DNA from: Ignavibacteriales bacterium
GTDB taxonomy: Bacteria > Bacteroidota > Ignavibacteria > UBA10030 > UBA8401
Direction: 5' to 3'
Length of the DNA: 64,000 nt
Assembly: GCA_037443785.1 (NCBI GenBank)
Contig: JBBINR010000007.1
Span: 2,709 to 66,708 of the forward strand
Positions within the stretch are counted from its first letter, which is position 1; every line of letters begins with the position of its first letter. Positions 9,491-19,429 of the stretch are shown here, in pieces. The notes beneath the pieces are model-generated. The model did not search any database. It saw only the letters and a list, made by a program, of their open reading frames with translations, and was not told where the DNA came from. A program made the translations under genes and the position numbers.

Positions 9491-10378
9491 ATGAAACGCA
9501 TTGGTGTTATTGTCTTAATGCTTTTGTTTGCTCTTTCGGCAAATGCACAATTGAAAAAACGTGTTGCTGTTTCGCGATTCGAAAACCGTTCCGGTACCGG
9601 ATACAATCATCTCGGTGAAGGTGTTGCCGATATGCTTGTTACTGCTTTGGTGAAATCAAAGAAGTTCTCCGTTTTGGAACGACAGGAACTTGAAAAAGTT
9701 CTTGAGGAGCAAAAACTTGGCGAGAGCGGACTTGTAACACCGGAAACTGCCCCGAAACTTGGTAAATTGCTCGGCGTGGAGTTGCTTGTTATCGGTTCGG
9801 TCTCGGAATTTGGCACGAAGGAAAACAAAGTATCCGGCGGACTCTCATCATTCATTAGCGGCGGAATAAAAACAAAAACTTCACGCGCAGTTGTCGATAT
9901 TCGTTTGGTTAATACAGTCACCGGTGAAATTGTTGCCGCTGAAAAAGAAGAAGGCGAAGAGTCATCAACCGGCATCGCGGTTGATTACGAAGGAATTGAT
10001 TTCAACAATATGGACAGCTGGGATGATACCGATATCGGCAAAGCATGCCGCAAAGCAGTTGATGGCGTTGTTGAATTGATCGTGAAGAACATGGCAAGCA
10101 TTCCGTGGAGCGGAAAAATTTTAAAGATCAACAGCGATGGAACATTGCTGATGAAGCCCGGCTCCGAAGGGAATGTTAAACCTGGGATGGAATTCGATAT
10201 TTTCCGCGTTGGCGAACCGATTAAAGATCCCGATACCGGACTTGATCTGGGAGCCGAAGAAACAAAAGTCGGCCATATTAAAGTGATTGAAGATGCTCTG
10301 AAAGGAAAAGCGGCAAAAGCGAAAATTGTTGAGGGAAAAGACATTCAGGCAACCGATGTGCTTCACGAAGTAAAATAA
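9491..10378 (+). CDS. CsgG/LpoB-like periplasmic protein with an extra C-terminal domain of about 95 aa. The signal peptide is cleaved by signal peptidase I, not a lipobox.
   Basis: MKRIGVIVLMLLFALSANAQ signal. CsgG-family pattern VAVSRFENRSG...GVADMLVTAL...ERQELEKVLEEQ...VDIRLVNTVTGEI. No csgE or csgF partner nearby. Confidence 0.6.
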   Translation: MKRIGVIVLMLLFALSANAQLKKRVAVSRFENRSGTGYNHLGEGVADMLVTALVKSKKFSVLERQELEKVLEEQKLGESGLVTPETAPKLGKLLGVELLVIGSVSEFGTKENKVSGGLSSFISGGIKTKTSRAVVDIRLVNTVTGEIVAAEKEEGEESSTGIAVDYEGIDFNNMDSWDDTDIGKACRKAVDGVVELIVKNMASIPWSGKILKINSDGTLLMKPGSEGNVKPGMEFDIFRVGEPIKDPDTGLDLGAEETKVGHIKVIEDALKGKAAKAKIVEGKDIQATDVLHEVK

Positions 10379-10402
10379 TACAATTGTATATCGACAAAAC
10401 AA

Positions 10403-10435
10403 AAAACGGATGATCACTCATCCGTTTTTTGTTTT
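10403..10435 (+). terminator. Rho-independent terminator after the CsgG-like gene.
   Basis: aaaacggatgatcactcatccgtttttt hairpin followed by a T-run. Confidence 0.6.
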
Positions 10436-10520
10436 AAAATTACAAAATAAATTTCGTCGATTGCTCGTTGATAATAAGCGTCGTTCTCTCTATCTTGACT
10501 AACAATTTTCCCGGGCACCC

Positions 10521-11441
10521 ATGGCAACAGACATCATTCTCCAAACGTTTACACTCGGTAAGCAGTATAAAAATCGATGGGCGGCAAACGATATTAATCT
10601 GGAAGTGCATCGTGGCGACGTATTCGGGTTTCTCGGACCGAACGGTGCGGGGAAAAGCACGACGATTAGGATGATTCTTTCGTTGATCAAACCTACCACA
10701 GGATCAGTAGCAATTTTCGGACATGATCTTTTCGATGAACGTGAAAAAGCGCTGCAGAATGTTGCAGGAATTGTGGAGAAGCCGGATTTCTATTTATATC
10801 TCTCCGCGTTCAGAAATATGCAGATTGCCGGATCGCTGACACTTGGATCGGCGCCCACCGATAAAAAAATTATGGATACGCTTGCAATGGTGGGGCTTGC
10901 CGACCGCGCAAAAGATAAAGTGAAAACTTTTTCGCACGGAATGAAGCAGCGTCTTGGCATCGCTCAATCGTTATTATGCGACCCGCAATTGATTATGCTC
11001 GATGAACCGACGAATGGCCTCGATCCGCAAGGGATGAAAGAGGTGCGCGAGTTGATTACACTCCTTTCAAAAGAAAAAGGCATCACCGTTTTTCTTTCAT
11101 CCCATTTATTAAACGAAGTGGAACAAGTAGCAACGCGCATGGCAATTATCAACAAAGGAAAAATGATCGTGCAAGGAAGCGTGGATGAACTGCTTCGCGC
11201 GAATGCAAACAAAATATTATTCAATGTCGAACCGCGGAAAAAAGCTCTCACCATCCTTTCGTCTTTAAAATATATCACCGAATCGGTAATAACTAATGAG
11301 GGAATCACCGTAAAAATCGATGCAAAAAGAATTCCTGCTGCCGCAGCCAAACTCGTTGAACAGCGCTGTAAGATTTTTTCCATTGAACCAAAACACTCTC
11401 TTGAAGAATATTTCTTAAACGTTACAGAAAAAAGTGAATAA
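10521..11441 (+). CDS. ABC transporter ATP-binding protein (ABC-2 / exporter-type partner).
   Basis: Walker A GPNGAGKSTT, the signature LSGGM-like FSHGMKQR, Walker B LIMLDEPTNGLD and an H-loop, plus a C-terminal extension of about 85 aa. Confidence 0.9.
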   Translation: MATDIILQTFTLGKQYKNRWAANDINLEVHRGDVFGFLGPNGAGKSTTIRMILSLIKPTTGSVAIFGHDLFDEREKALQNVAGIVEKPDFYLYLSAFRNMQIAGSLTLGSAPTDKKIMDTLAMVGLADRAKDKVKTFSHGMKQRLGIAQSLLCDPQLIMLDEPTNGLDPQGMKEVRELITLLSKEKGITVFLSSHLLNEVEQVATRMAIINKGKMIVQGSVDELLRANANKILFNVEPRKKALTILSSLKYITESVITNEGITVKIDAKRIPAAAAKLVEQRCKIFSIEPKHSLEEYFLNVTEKSE

Positions 11442-13260
11442 GCAATTTTCAAAGATTATTACGCTGGCATATATGTGCTTGCACCTAACAGCAGCTCAGG
11501 ACACCGTTCAATATCAATTACCGCAGGTCGTGGTTTCTTCTTCAAAGTTTTCCCTCTCGCCAATTGAAATGAATCGATCGGTGACAGTCATTGATTCTGC
11601 TTCAATAAATAATGCGGCTCCGCTTTCCATTGATGAAGCATTGCAAATGTTCACCACTACAGAATTGCATCGACGCGGAGCATTAGGGGTGCAAACGGAT
11701 ATCGGAATACGCGGATCGACATTCAGCCAGCAAGCTATCTTGCTGAACGGAATACGAATTAACGATCCACAAACGGCGCATCATAATTTTGATATTCCCA
11801 TTCCGATGAGTTCAGTAAAACAGATCGAAATTGTGCGCGGCCCCTCTTCCTCTCATTTCGGTCCCGATGCATTTGGAGGAACGATCAATATTGTCACGGC
11901 ACATGAAACACCATCAACAACGTTTGAGCTTTCGGGCGGACAATTTGGATACTATTCGGGTTCGGGTCTCTATGGATTTTCCTACAATCAATTACATTCT
12001 TCAACAACAGTGCAATATGAAAAATCCGATGGATATCGGTATGATACTGAATTTGAAAATGTGACAGCAACAACAAGTAATTCCGTAATGCTTCCCGACG
12101 CATCATTTCATCTCCTTCTTGGGTATGTGAAGAAAAATTTCGGCGCATTCGATTTTTATTCTCCGGGAAAGAACAATCCATCCCACGAAAAAACCGAAAC
12201 AATTTTCTCCGGCATGGGTACAGAATTTTCTGTCAATGATTGGGATATTACGGTGCACAGTACTTACCGTCATCATTACGATGATTTCATTTACATCATC
12301 ACGAATCCGTCGTATTCGCACAATCAGCACAACACCAATGTTTACACGGTTGATGGTAATGGACTGCACTCTTTCACTTCATCGTTGCTTCTTAAAACAT
12401 CAGCTGAAGCGAATCTGGATAATATCAACAGCACAAAATTAGGAATTCACACCAGAAAATCTCTCGCACTCTCAGCCGTTACACGATGGAATCCTGTAAC
12501 ACCATTAAGCATTGATGCCGGACTTCGATTTGATATTCGATCTGATTATGAAAATCAGGTTCATCCCATCATCAGCGCGGGATATTTTTTGAATGAAGAA
12601 AATAAAATCTTCGTTTCGGTTGGAACTTCGTTCCGCGCGCCAAGTTACACTGATCTTTATTACAGCGACCCTTCAACCGTTGGCAATCCGAATTTAAAAC
12701 CGGAAAAAGGAACATCGTACGAAGCGGGAATTTCATCATTTCCTCATCCAGCCTTGGTTTTACAATTCTCCGGATTTTTGCGGCATCAAGATAATTTGAT
12801 TGATTTCGTTTTGCACCAACCAAATGGAAAATATTACGCAGTCAATTTTACAGCACTGGATGTGAAAGGAGTCGAATTTCAATCGACATGGTCAAATAGT
12901 TCATCACGTGCTCATTGGTTCAAACAATTTTTTGCGGGCTACACATTTCTTGAATCCATTGTAGATACAAAAGGTGCGTTGAAAACTCGATATAGTTTAA
13001 CTCATCCCAAGCATCAACTTAATGGAGCGGCAACGTTTGAAGTACCGTCGGACATGATGATAACGTTTGGCGGTTCATACGCTCATCGCAGCGATTATGA
13101 CGATCAAACGAATTTTGACGTAACCGTGACAAAAAAAATTGAGATGGTCGAGATGATTGTAAAAGCAATGAATGTATTCAATTCATCGTACGAAGAAATT
13201 CCGGGCATTCCCCTTCCCGGACGATGGATCATCGGAAAAATTCGTTGGACAATTTTATAA
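11434..13260 (+). CDS. Small TonB-dependent-receptor-like outer-membrane barrel (plug plus barrel, 608 aa) encoded inside the ABC operon.
   Basis: Signal peptide; a TonB-box-like PQVVVSS; plug-domain motifs (TVIDSASINNAAPLSIDEALQMF, IRGSTFSQQAILLNGIRINDPQ, IEIVRGPSSSHFGPDAFGGTINIV). Start overlaps the ATPase stop by 8 bp. Confidence 0.7.
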   Translation: MNKQFSKIITLAYMCLHLTAAQDTVQYQLPQVVVSSSKFSLSPIEMNRSVTVIDSASINNAAPLSIDEALQMFTTTELHRRGALGVQTDIGIRGSTFSQQAILLNGIRINDPQTAHHNFDIPIPMSSVKQIEIVRGPSSSHFGPDAFGGTINIVTAHETPSTTFELSGGQFGYYSGSGLYGFSYNQLHSSTTVQYEKSDGYRYDTEFENVTATTSNSVMLPDASFHLLLGYVKKNFGAFDFYSPGKNNPSHEKTETIFSGMGTEFSVNDWDITVHSTYRHHYDDFIYIITNPSYSHNQHNTNVYTVDGNGLHSFTSSLLLKTSAEANLDNINSTKLGIHTRKSLALSAVTRWNPVTPLSIDAGLRFDIRSDYENQVHPIISAGYFLNEENKIFVSVGTSFRAPSYTDLYYSDPSTVGNPNLKPEKGTSYEAGISSFPHPALVLQFSGFLRHQDNLIDFVLHQPNGKYYAVNFTALDVKGVEFQSTWSNSSSRAHWFKQFFAGYTFLESIVDTKGALKTRYSLTHPKHQLNGAATFEVPSDMMITFGGSYAHRSDYDDQTNFDVTVTKKIEMVEMIVKAMNVFNSSYEEIPGIPLPGRWIIGKIRWTIL

Positions 13261-13263
13261 TAT

Positions 13264-14103
13264 ATGATAACCTTACTTCGATTTGAACTCTTTAAAACAT
13301 ACGCCAAGTGGCGAACCTATATCGGATTTCTTGCCGTCGGAATTCTCATCCCTGTCATCATGTGGATCATGGCCTATTCCGGAGAGCAAATGGTTCAACG
13401 CCAGCTTCGGTCGCTGCAAAATGATTTTTTCATTTCGGGAAATTTATTTAACGGCTGGGTGATTTCGCAATTGATTATGAACGGTCTGTGGGTTCACGTT
13501 CCGGCATTAATCGCACTGGTTGCCGGCGATCAATTATCCGGCGAGGCAACGGCGGGAACATTTCGTCTGATTCTCATTCGTCCCGTGTCACGCACACGGA
13601 TTTTGAATGCAAAATATTGTGCAACACTCCTGTATACCGCATCACTTGTCCTCTCAATTGCCGCACTTTCATTGGGACTTGGAATGTCAATTTTCGGTTC
13701 AGGCGATCTTATTGCTATCGACAGAGAAGGGATTTCGATCCTTCCGGAATCGGAACTTGTCATGCGTTTCATTTTTGCCTACGCATTAGCAATCTGGTCG
13801 ATGTTTGTTGTTGCATCCCTCGCATTTTTTATTTCATCATTTGTAGAAAATGCCATTGGACCGATAATTACGACAATGACGGTGATTGTGATTTTTTTTA
13901 TCATTTCAAACCTGCCGGTTGAGTCTGTCGAGGGCATTAAACCATACTTATTTACCACACACATGAGTGTATGGCAGGAAGCATTTCGTGAAACGTACGA
14001 TTGGAAGAAAATTATTGATTCGTGTATTGCCCTTGGACTAAACAGTGTAGTTTTTTATACGGCAACATTGTTCATCTTTAAACGAAAAGATATTCTCACG
14101 TAA
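13264..14103 (+). CDS. ABC-2 family transporter permease.
   Basis: 279 aa with six predicted TM helices. It starts 4 bp after the preceding gene. Confidence 0.7.
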   Translation: MITLLRFELFKTYAKWRTYIGFLAVGILIPVIMWIMAYSGEQMVQRQLRSLQNDFFISGNLFNGWVISQLIMNGLWVHVPALIALVAGDQLSGEATAGTFRLILIRPVSRTRILNAKYCATLLYTASLVLSIAALSLGLGMSIFGSGDLIAIDREGISILPESELVMRFIFAYALAIWSMFVVASLAFFISSFVENAIGPIITTMTVIVIFFIISNLPVESVEGIKPYLFTTHMSVWQEAFRETYDWKKIIDSCIALGLNSVVFYTATLFIFKRKDILT

Positions 14104-14140
14104 AAACAATGTCAGATATTTCTCATTAACCAGGAGCTTT

Positions 14141-15409
14141 ATGGCACTCACCGATAAACTCAAAGAATTTCGTGAAGGATTTCACCCGTCATTCTGGACC
14201 GCCAACGGAATGGAATTGTTTGAGCGCCTTGCATACTACGGACAGCAGATTGTTTTTATGGTATACCTGCGCAACAGACTCGGTTTCACCGAAACAGAGG
14301 CTGGAGCACTCTCTGGTTTATTTGGCGGATTGATTTACCTTCTTCCCATTCTTGGCGGTACATTGGCGGATAAGTGGGGATTCAGACGCGCATTCAGTGT
14401 TGCCTTTTCAATTCTTGGGATTGGATATTTTCTTATCGGATCAGTCGGCATGACTGCATTCGAAGGGCTGTATGCAAATCTCCCCCAGTATTGGCTGCTT
14501 ACGGCTTTTCTTGTTTTTACTGCCTTCGGAGGTTCATTCATTAAACCGTCGGTGCTCGGCACAGTGAGCGTAACAACAAATGAAAAAACAAAATCACTCG
14601 GCTTTGCGATTTATTACTGGCTTGTCAATGCCGGCGCGATGATTGGACCGACGATCGCCTATTTTGTTCGTGACAGCTTTGGCAATGAATATGTCTATCT
14701 CGTTTCTTCCCTCAGTTGTTTTGGAATGCTGATTGCAAATCTCATTCTTTACAAAGATGTAAAAAGTGAAAAAACAGAAACATCGGAATCGCTCGGTAAA
14801 AAGATTACAAATCTTTTTGTGGTCCTCGGCAATTTTAAATTCATAATCTTCCTGCTGATTTATTCGCTGTATTGGATCATTTTCTGGCAGGAGTTCATCA
14901 TTGTTCCGTATTACATCACCGATTACATTGGGAAAGAAACGCCGTACGAAATCGTACAATCGTGGTCGGCGGCAGGAGCAATTATTCTTTTCCAAATTCC
15001 GATTAACAGGCTGACGAAAAATATTCACACACGAACGGCGATTCTTATCGGATTCATTGTTTCCTCGTTTATCTGGATTATCATAGCCATCCATCCTTCT
15101 ATTCCAACAATTGCAGCAGGAATTGTTGCCTTTGCAGTCGGCGAAATGATTCAGGCTCCACGCTATTATGAATATATTTCGGAAATTGCGCCGCGCGGCC
15201 AGCAGGGATTATATCAAGGATACGCATTTTTACCAATTGCCATCGCTCGATTTGTCGGCGATCCTTTTGGCGGCTGGATTTACCAAACTGCAAAAGCGGC
15301 TGGCACTCCATCGCTTGTGTGGTTTTCTCTCATCGGTATAGGGATTTTTGGCGCTGTTTGTATGGCACTTTATAACAAAATCATCGCAAGACAAGAAGCG
15401 AGGGTTTAG
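14141..15409 (+). CDS. MFS transporter resembling the POT/PTR2 family.
   Basis: 422 aa with 12 TM helices. N-terminal ELFERLAYYGQQIVFMVYL and GGTLADKWGFRRA resemble the POT-family ExxERFxYYG and GxxADxxxG motifs. Confidence 0.6.
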   Translation: MALTDKLKEFREGFHPSFWTANGMELFERLAYYGQQIVFMVYLRNRLGFTETEAGALSGLFGGLIYLLPILGGTLADKWGFRRAFSVAFSILGIGYFLIGSVGMTAFEGLYANLPQYWLLTAFLVFTAFGGSFIKPSVLGTVSVTTNEKTKSLGFAIYYWLVNAGAMIGPTIAYFVRDSFGNEYVYLVSSLSCFGMLIANLILYKDVKSEKTETSESLGKKITNLFVVLGNFKFIIFLLIYSLYWIIFWQEFIIVPYYITDYIGKETPYEIVQSWSAAGAIILFQIPINRLTKNIHTRTAILIGFIVSSFIWIIIAIHPSIPTIAAGIVAFAVGEMIQAPRYYEYISEIAPRGQQGLYQGYAFLPIAIARFVGDPFGGWIYQTAKAAGTPSLVWFSLIGIGIFGAVCMALYNKIIARQEARV

Positions 15410-15411
15410 AT

Positions 15412-16104
15412 ATGAAAAAGGTTCATGGAATAATTTTCTTTTTGGTGATTGGTTTTCATTTGTCATCAGCACAGCATATAACGGCCCAGAAAATTCTCGA
15501 TAACGTGAAAACGCATTTTGATGACGTGAACGATTATTCCGTTACGCTTGATATCAAACCAAACATCGAACGATTCAATGCAAAAGAGATGCATTTGAAA
15601 TTATTTTATAAACAGCCGAACAAAGTCCATATTGAATCCAAGGGATTTGTCATGCTGCCGAAGCAATTATTCGAAGTAACCCCGTCTCAGCTCATCTCAA
15701 AATTCGATCCGGTCTTGATTGATACCAAAAAAGAAAATGGAAAAACTATCTACGTACTTCGCCTGATTTCGAAACCGGAAAAGAATCGACCAACGATTGA
15801 AAATTATATTACGATTGACGGAAATCGCTGGGTAATAGTGAAAATGCAGGCAACCCCAGCTGAAGGACGATCCATCGACGTGAATTTTGACTACACTACC
15901 ATCGACGGTAAATATATTCTTCCTTCGTCAATGATGGCCTCATTTAATTTCGGCGGTGATGATGATTCGCTCGCACGGATGAAAGGATTCCGAGGAGTTC
16001 CGACGAAGGGCACGGTAGAAATCCAATACTCCGATTACAAAGTGAATCAAGGATTGAGTGATGAGATTTTTGAGAAGAAAGAAACACAAAAAGGAAATAG
16101 GTGA
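15412..16104 (+). CDS. LolA-like outer-membrane lipoprotein-sorting / lipid-carrier fold protein.
   Basis: Signal peptide; about 230 aa. The MFS stop codon is followed within 3 bp by its start, suggesting translational coupling. Confidence 0.45.
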   Translation: MKKVHGIIFFLVIGFHLSSAQHITAQKILDNVKTHFDDVNDYSVTLDIKPNIERFNAKEMHLKLFYKQPNKVHIESKGFVMLPKQLFEVTPSQLISKFDPVLIDTKKENGKTIYVLRLISKPEKNRPTIENYITIDGNRWVIVKMQATPAEGRSIDVNFDYTTIDGKYILPSSMMASFNFGGDDDSLARMKGFRGVPTKGTVEIQYSDYKVNQGLSDEIFEKKETQKGNR

Positions 16105-16110
16105 CATAGT

Positions 16111-16139
16111 AAAAAGCCGCTGAAGTCAGCGGCTTTTTT
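16111..16139. terminator. Bidirectional terminator between the convergent LolA-like gene and carA.
   Basis: aaaaagccgctgaagtcagcggcttttttta is a perfect stem flanked by an A-run and a T-run. Confidence 0.7.
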
Positions 16140-16140
16140 A

Positions 16141-17283
16141 TTAATTCTTATTTTTCTCCATCATCTTCACAAACTTCGAGAAGAGATAATCGCTGTCGTG
16201 CGGACCGGGCGATGCTTCGGGATGGTATTGAACGCAGAAGAGCGGCAACTTTTTATGCTCAAAGCCTTCCACAGTCTGGTCGTTCAAATTCAAATGTGTC
16301 AGTTCTACTTGTGATTCATCCATCGATTTCCAGTCAACGGCAAAGCCGTGATTTTGGGAGGTAATTTCAATCTCGCTCGTTTTTAAATTCTTCACAGGAT
16401 GATTTGCCCCGCGATGTCCGAATTTCAACTTGTATGTTTTTCCGCCGAGCGCTAACGCCAGCAACTGATGGCCGAGACAAATTCCGAAGATCGGTTTCTT
16501 CCCCACCAACTTCTTGATGTTCATGATAGCATATTTCACAGCATCAGGGTCGCCGGGGCCGTTAGAAAGAAATATTCCATCGGGATTCATTGCCAAAACT
16601 TCTTCAGCGGAAAAACTTGCCGGAACGACAGTGAGATCACATCCATAGCTGGTCAATCGGCGAAGAATATTTTGTTTCACACCATAATCGAACACAACAA
16701 CATTGTATTTCTTTTCAGCCTTCTCTCCATTTTTTGTTGCAAGAGCAAAAGGAGTTTTATCGACTTCACTCCATCGATATTCTTTCGATGTCGTCACTTT
16801 CTTTGCGAGATCAAGCCCGGTCATTTCAGGAGATTTTTTTGCTTTGGCAACTAATGATGTGTCATCAAGGTCAATCGTAGAAATTACCCCGCGCATCGCT
16901 CCTTGATCGCGAAGGATCTTCGTCAGCATTCGTGTATCAATTCCCTGAATTGCGAGAATGTTATTTTTCTTTAACCAATCACCAAGGGACGATCGCGAGC
17001 GCCAGTTACTGTGAAAATCAAAATATTCTTTCACCACAAATCCGCTGACTTGCGGTTTCACTGATTCAACATCATCACTGTTCACACCGTAATTGCCGAT
17101 CTGTGTATATGTCATTGTCACGATTTGTCCAGCGTACGACGGATCGGTAAGAATCTCCTGATATCCCGTGATACTCGTGTTAAAGCAGACTTCCCCGGTC
17201 ACTTCACCTTCGGCACCAAAATGCTCACCGGTAAATACTGTTCCATTTTCTAATGCAAGCTTTGCTATCATATATCCATTCAT
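16141..17283 (-). CDS. carA: Carbamoyl-phosphate synthase small (glutamine amidotransferase) subunit.
   Basis: 380 aa with the N-terminal CPSase small-chain domain ([34 protein letters not shown]) and GATase catalytic [10 protein letters not shown]...HGFAV. No carB is adjacent. Confidence 0.93.
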   Translation of the reverse strand: MNGYMIAKLALENGTVFTGEHFGAEGEVTGEVCFNTSITGYQEILTDPSYAGQIVTMTYTQIGNYGVNSDDVESVKPQVSGFVVKEYFDFHSNWRSRSSLGDWLKKNNILAIQGIDTRMLTKILRDQGAMRGVISTIDLDDTSLVAKAKKSPEMTGLDLAKKVTTSKEYRWSEVDKTPFALATKNGEKAEKKYNVVVFDYGVKQNILRRLTSYGCDLTVVPASFSAEEVLAMNPDGIFLSNGPGDPDAVKYAIMNIKKLVGKKPIFGICLGHQLLALALGGKTYKLKFGHRGANHPVKNLKTSEIEITSQNHGFAVDWKSMDESQVELTHLNLNDQTVEGFEHKKLPLFCVQYHPEASPGPHDSDYLFSKFVKMMEKNKN

Positions 17284-17464
17284 TCGTCATTGCGAGAAGC
17301 GAAGCGGCAAAATAATTCCCTAAAGATTTTACCGTCCCGATACGTTCGGAACCCGCAATAACGCGATGATAAAAAAAATCTTCGCTGAATTAAAAATACG
17401 AAATTTTTTCCATTTGAAGAAATACTTCTTGACTAATTTCACGCAAATGTGTTTATTTAAGTAG

Positions 17465-17680
17465 TCTTAGAGGAGCGGTACACACAAGTACGCACATCGA
17501 AAGTGAACAACTTGATGACATGTGCAGAAAAGGTTCGCAATAAGTACCGCCGAAAGTTCATAGGGAGTTTCCTCTGTTAACTTGGGATGCAAGTAAAGAG
17601 CTTGCATACTGTTGTTTCGACATAACGAAACAAAGCGCTAACGACCATCTGCACATAGTTGTTTTGTACCGCTCGTAATG
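17465..17680 (+). ncRNA. Candidate lysine riboswitch (L-box) aptamer in the dapB leader.
   Basis: AGAGGAGCGGUAC at the 5' end pairs with GUACCGCUC at 17666..17674 (P1). Internal CCGCCGAAAG and CUGUUAAC match the L-box CGCCGAAG and CUGUCA cores. There are several internal perfect hairpins (atgcaag/cttgcat, ttgtttcg/cgaaacaa). Lysine-biosynthesis genes lie directly downstream. Confidence 0.5.
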
Positions 17681-17696
17681 CGGTCATATCAATCAA

Positions 17697-17731
17697 AAGT
17701 AGAGAGTCCTAAGCGCACCTCTACTTTTTTC
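17697..17731 (+). terminator. Intrinsic terminator / attenuator hairpin of the dapB leader.
   Basis: gtagagag...ctctac stem followed by tttttt at 17725..17730, 18 nt before the dapB ATG. Confidence 0.65.
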
Positions 17732-17748
17732 GTTTTAAAAGGATTGAT

Positions 17749-18495
17749 ATGAACATTGCACTTATCGGTTACGGAAAAATGGGCAAAGAAATCGAACAAA
17801 TTGCCGTCGAACGAGGACATTTGATCGTTGCCAAATTTGACATCGATTCTCCCTTGCCATCGCCAAATTCACCATTATACGGTTCAACCCCCATTGATTG
17901 CTGTATCGATTTTAGTACGGCATCCGCAGTCGCGGTTAATGTAACAACTCTCGTACAAAGCGGAATTCCATTGGTCATTGGAACCACAGGATGGTCCGCA
18001 GAGATGGAAAACATTCGGAATATTGTAAAAACCAATAATGGTTCGGTTGTCTATTCATCCAATTTTTCCCTTGGCGCAAATATCATGTTCCGGCTTGTAG
18101 AAGCCGCTTCGGTAATTTTCAATCATTACGATCAGTATGATATTTCTGTTCACGAAACGCATCATATGATGAAGAAGGATGCGCCAAGCGGAACCGCATT
18201 GACGATTGCGAATAAAGTATTGACGCACATAGATCGAAAGAAAAAAATTACATCTACTACTCCTTCTAAAGAAGAATTATTTGTTTCAAGTTCTCGCGTT
18301 GGCACAGTGGTTGGCGAACATGCAGTACGATTCAATTCTCTCGCAGACGACATTGTTATTTCACACACAGCGCACAATCGAAGCGGATTTGCATTAGGCG
18401 CTGTTCTCGCTGCCGAATGGATTGTCGACAAAAAAGGATTGTATTCGTTCGAGGAGTTATTGTGGGACCAATACAATACAGAAATTAAAAAATAA
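17749..18495 (+). CDS. dapB: 4-hydroxy-tetrahydrodipicolinate reductase.
   Basis: N-terminal NAD(P)-binding IGYGKMGK and the DapB signature HETHHMMKKDAPSGTAL. 248 aa. Confidence 0.92.
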   Translation: MNIALIGYGKMGKEIEQIAVERGHLIVAKFDIDSPLPSPNSPLYGSTPIDCCIDFSTASAVAVNVTTLVQSGIPLVIGTTGWSAEMENIRNIVKTNNGSVVYSSNFSLGANIMFRLVEAASVIFNHYDQYDISVHETHHMMKKDAPSGTALTIANKVLTHIDRKKKITSTTPSKEELFVSSSRVGTVVGEHAVRFNSLADDIVISHTAHNRSGFALGAVLAAEWIVDKKGLYSFEELLWDQYNTEIKK

Positions 18496-18526
18496 AAATA
18501 TCACTTATCATTTAAGGAATACCATT

Positions 18527-19429
18527 ATGACACCAAATTTTTCATTTCGCGGAGCGGCAACGGCATTAGTTACACCGATGCTTCCAAACGGAGATGTAGA
18601 CACTGAAGCACTTCAACGCCTCGTTGAATTTCAAATCGAAAATGGAATCAACGCGTTGGTTCCCGTCGGAACAACCGGTGAAAGTGCAACACTCTCCCAT
18701 CCTGAACATCATCATGTTATGGACGTTGTTGCCGAGCAAGCAAAAGGCCGCGTACCGATTATCGTTGGTGCCGGAAGTAATTCAACACGTGAAGCAATTT
18801 CGTTAACGCAACATGCGCGCGCAATCGGTGCAAATGCCGTGTTGTCTGTCGCTCCATATTACAATAAACCAACACAGCAAGGATTCTTTGAGCATTACAA
18901 AGCAATCACGGAAGCGGTCGATATTCCGGTTTTCGTGTACAATGTTCCCGGGCGGACAGGAAGTAACATCAATGCTGAAACAACGCTGCGCCTCGCTGAA
19001 CTGCCGGGCATTGCAGGAATTAAAGAAGCATCGGGAAATATTTCTCAAGTAATGGAAATTCTTCGGCATCGCCCAAATAATTTCGTTCTTCTCTCCGGTG
19101 ATGATGCTTTAACACTGCCGATGATGGCATGTGGTGCAGATGGAGTAATTTCCGTTGTCGCAAACGAAGTTCCAAAAGATTTTTCGACAATGGTTCGGTT
19201 CTGCCTCGAGGGAAATTTCATTGCAGCACGAAAAATTCATGAACGATTGCTCGACTTGATGAATTTGAATTTTATGGAATCAAATCCAATACCGGTAAAG
19301 TCCGCCCTTGCCATGATGGGAATGATCAACGAAGCGTATCGGCTCCCGTTAACGCGAATGTCGATGGATCATCGATTAAAATTACGAAGAGTACTTGAAG
19401 AGCTTTCATTGCTGGGACAACACGCATGA
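18527..19429 (+). CDS. dapA: 4-hydroxy-tetrahydrodipicolinate synthase. Start assigned to the internal MTPNFSF methionine rather than the track's 18422.
   Basis: DapA-family motifs [10 protein letters not shown] and [10 protein letters not shown], plus the active-site lysine region. About 300 aa. Confidence 0.9.
   Translation: MTPNFSFRGAATALVTPMLPNGDVDTEALQRLVEFQIENGINALVPVGTTGESATLSHPEHHHVMDVVAEQAKGRVPIIVGAGSNSTREAISLTQHARAIGANAVLSVAPYYNKPTQQGFFEHYKAITEAVDIPVFVYNVPGRTGSNINAETTLRLAELPGIAGIKEASGNISQVMEILRHRPNNFVLLSGDDALTLPMMACGADGVISVVANEVPKDFSTMVRFCLEGNFIAARKIHERLLDLMNLNFMESNPIPVKSALAMMGMINEAYRLPLTRMSMDHRLKLRRVLEELSLLGQHA

Noticed and set aside
18422-18526. Longer dapA ORF starting at 18422 (MSTKKDCIRS...).
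   Set aside because: It overlaps the dapB 3' end in another frame. Conserved DapA homology begins at MTPNFSF (18527), which has a ribosome-binding site. The upstream extension is spurious.
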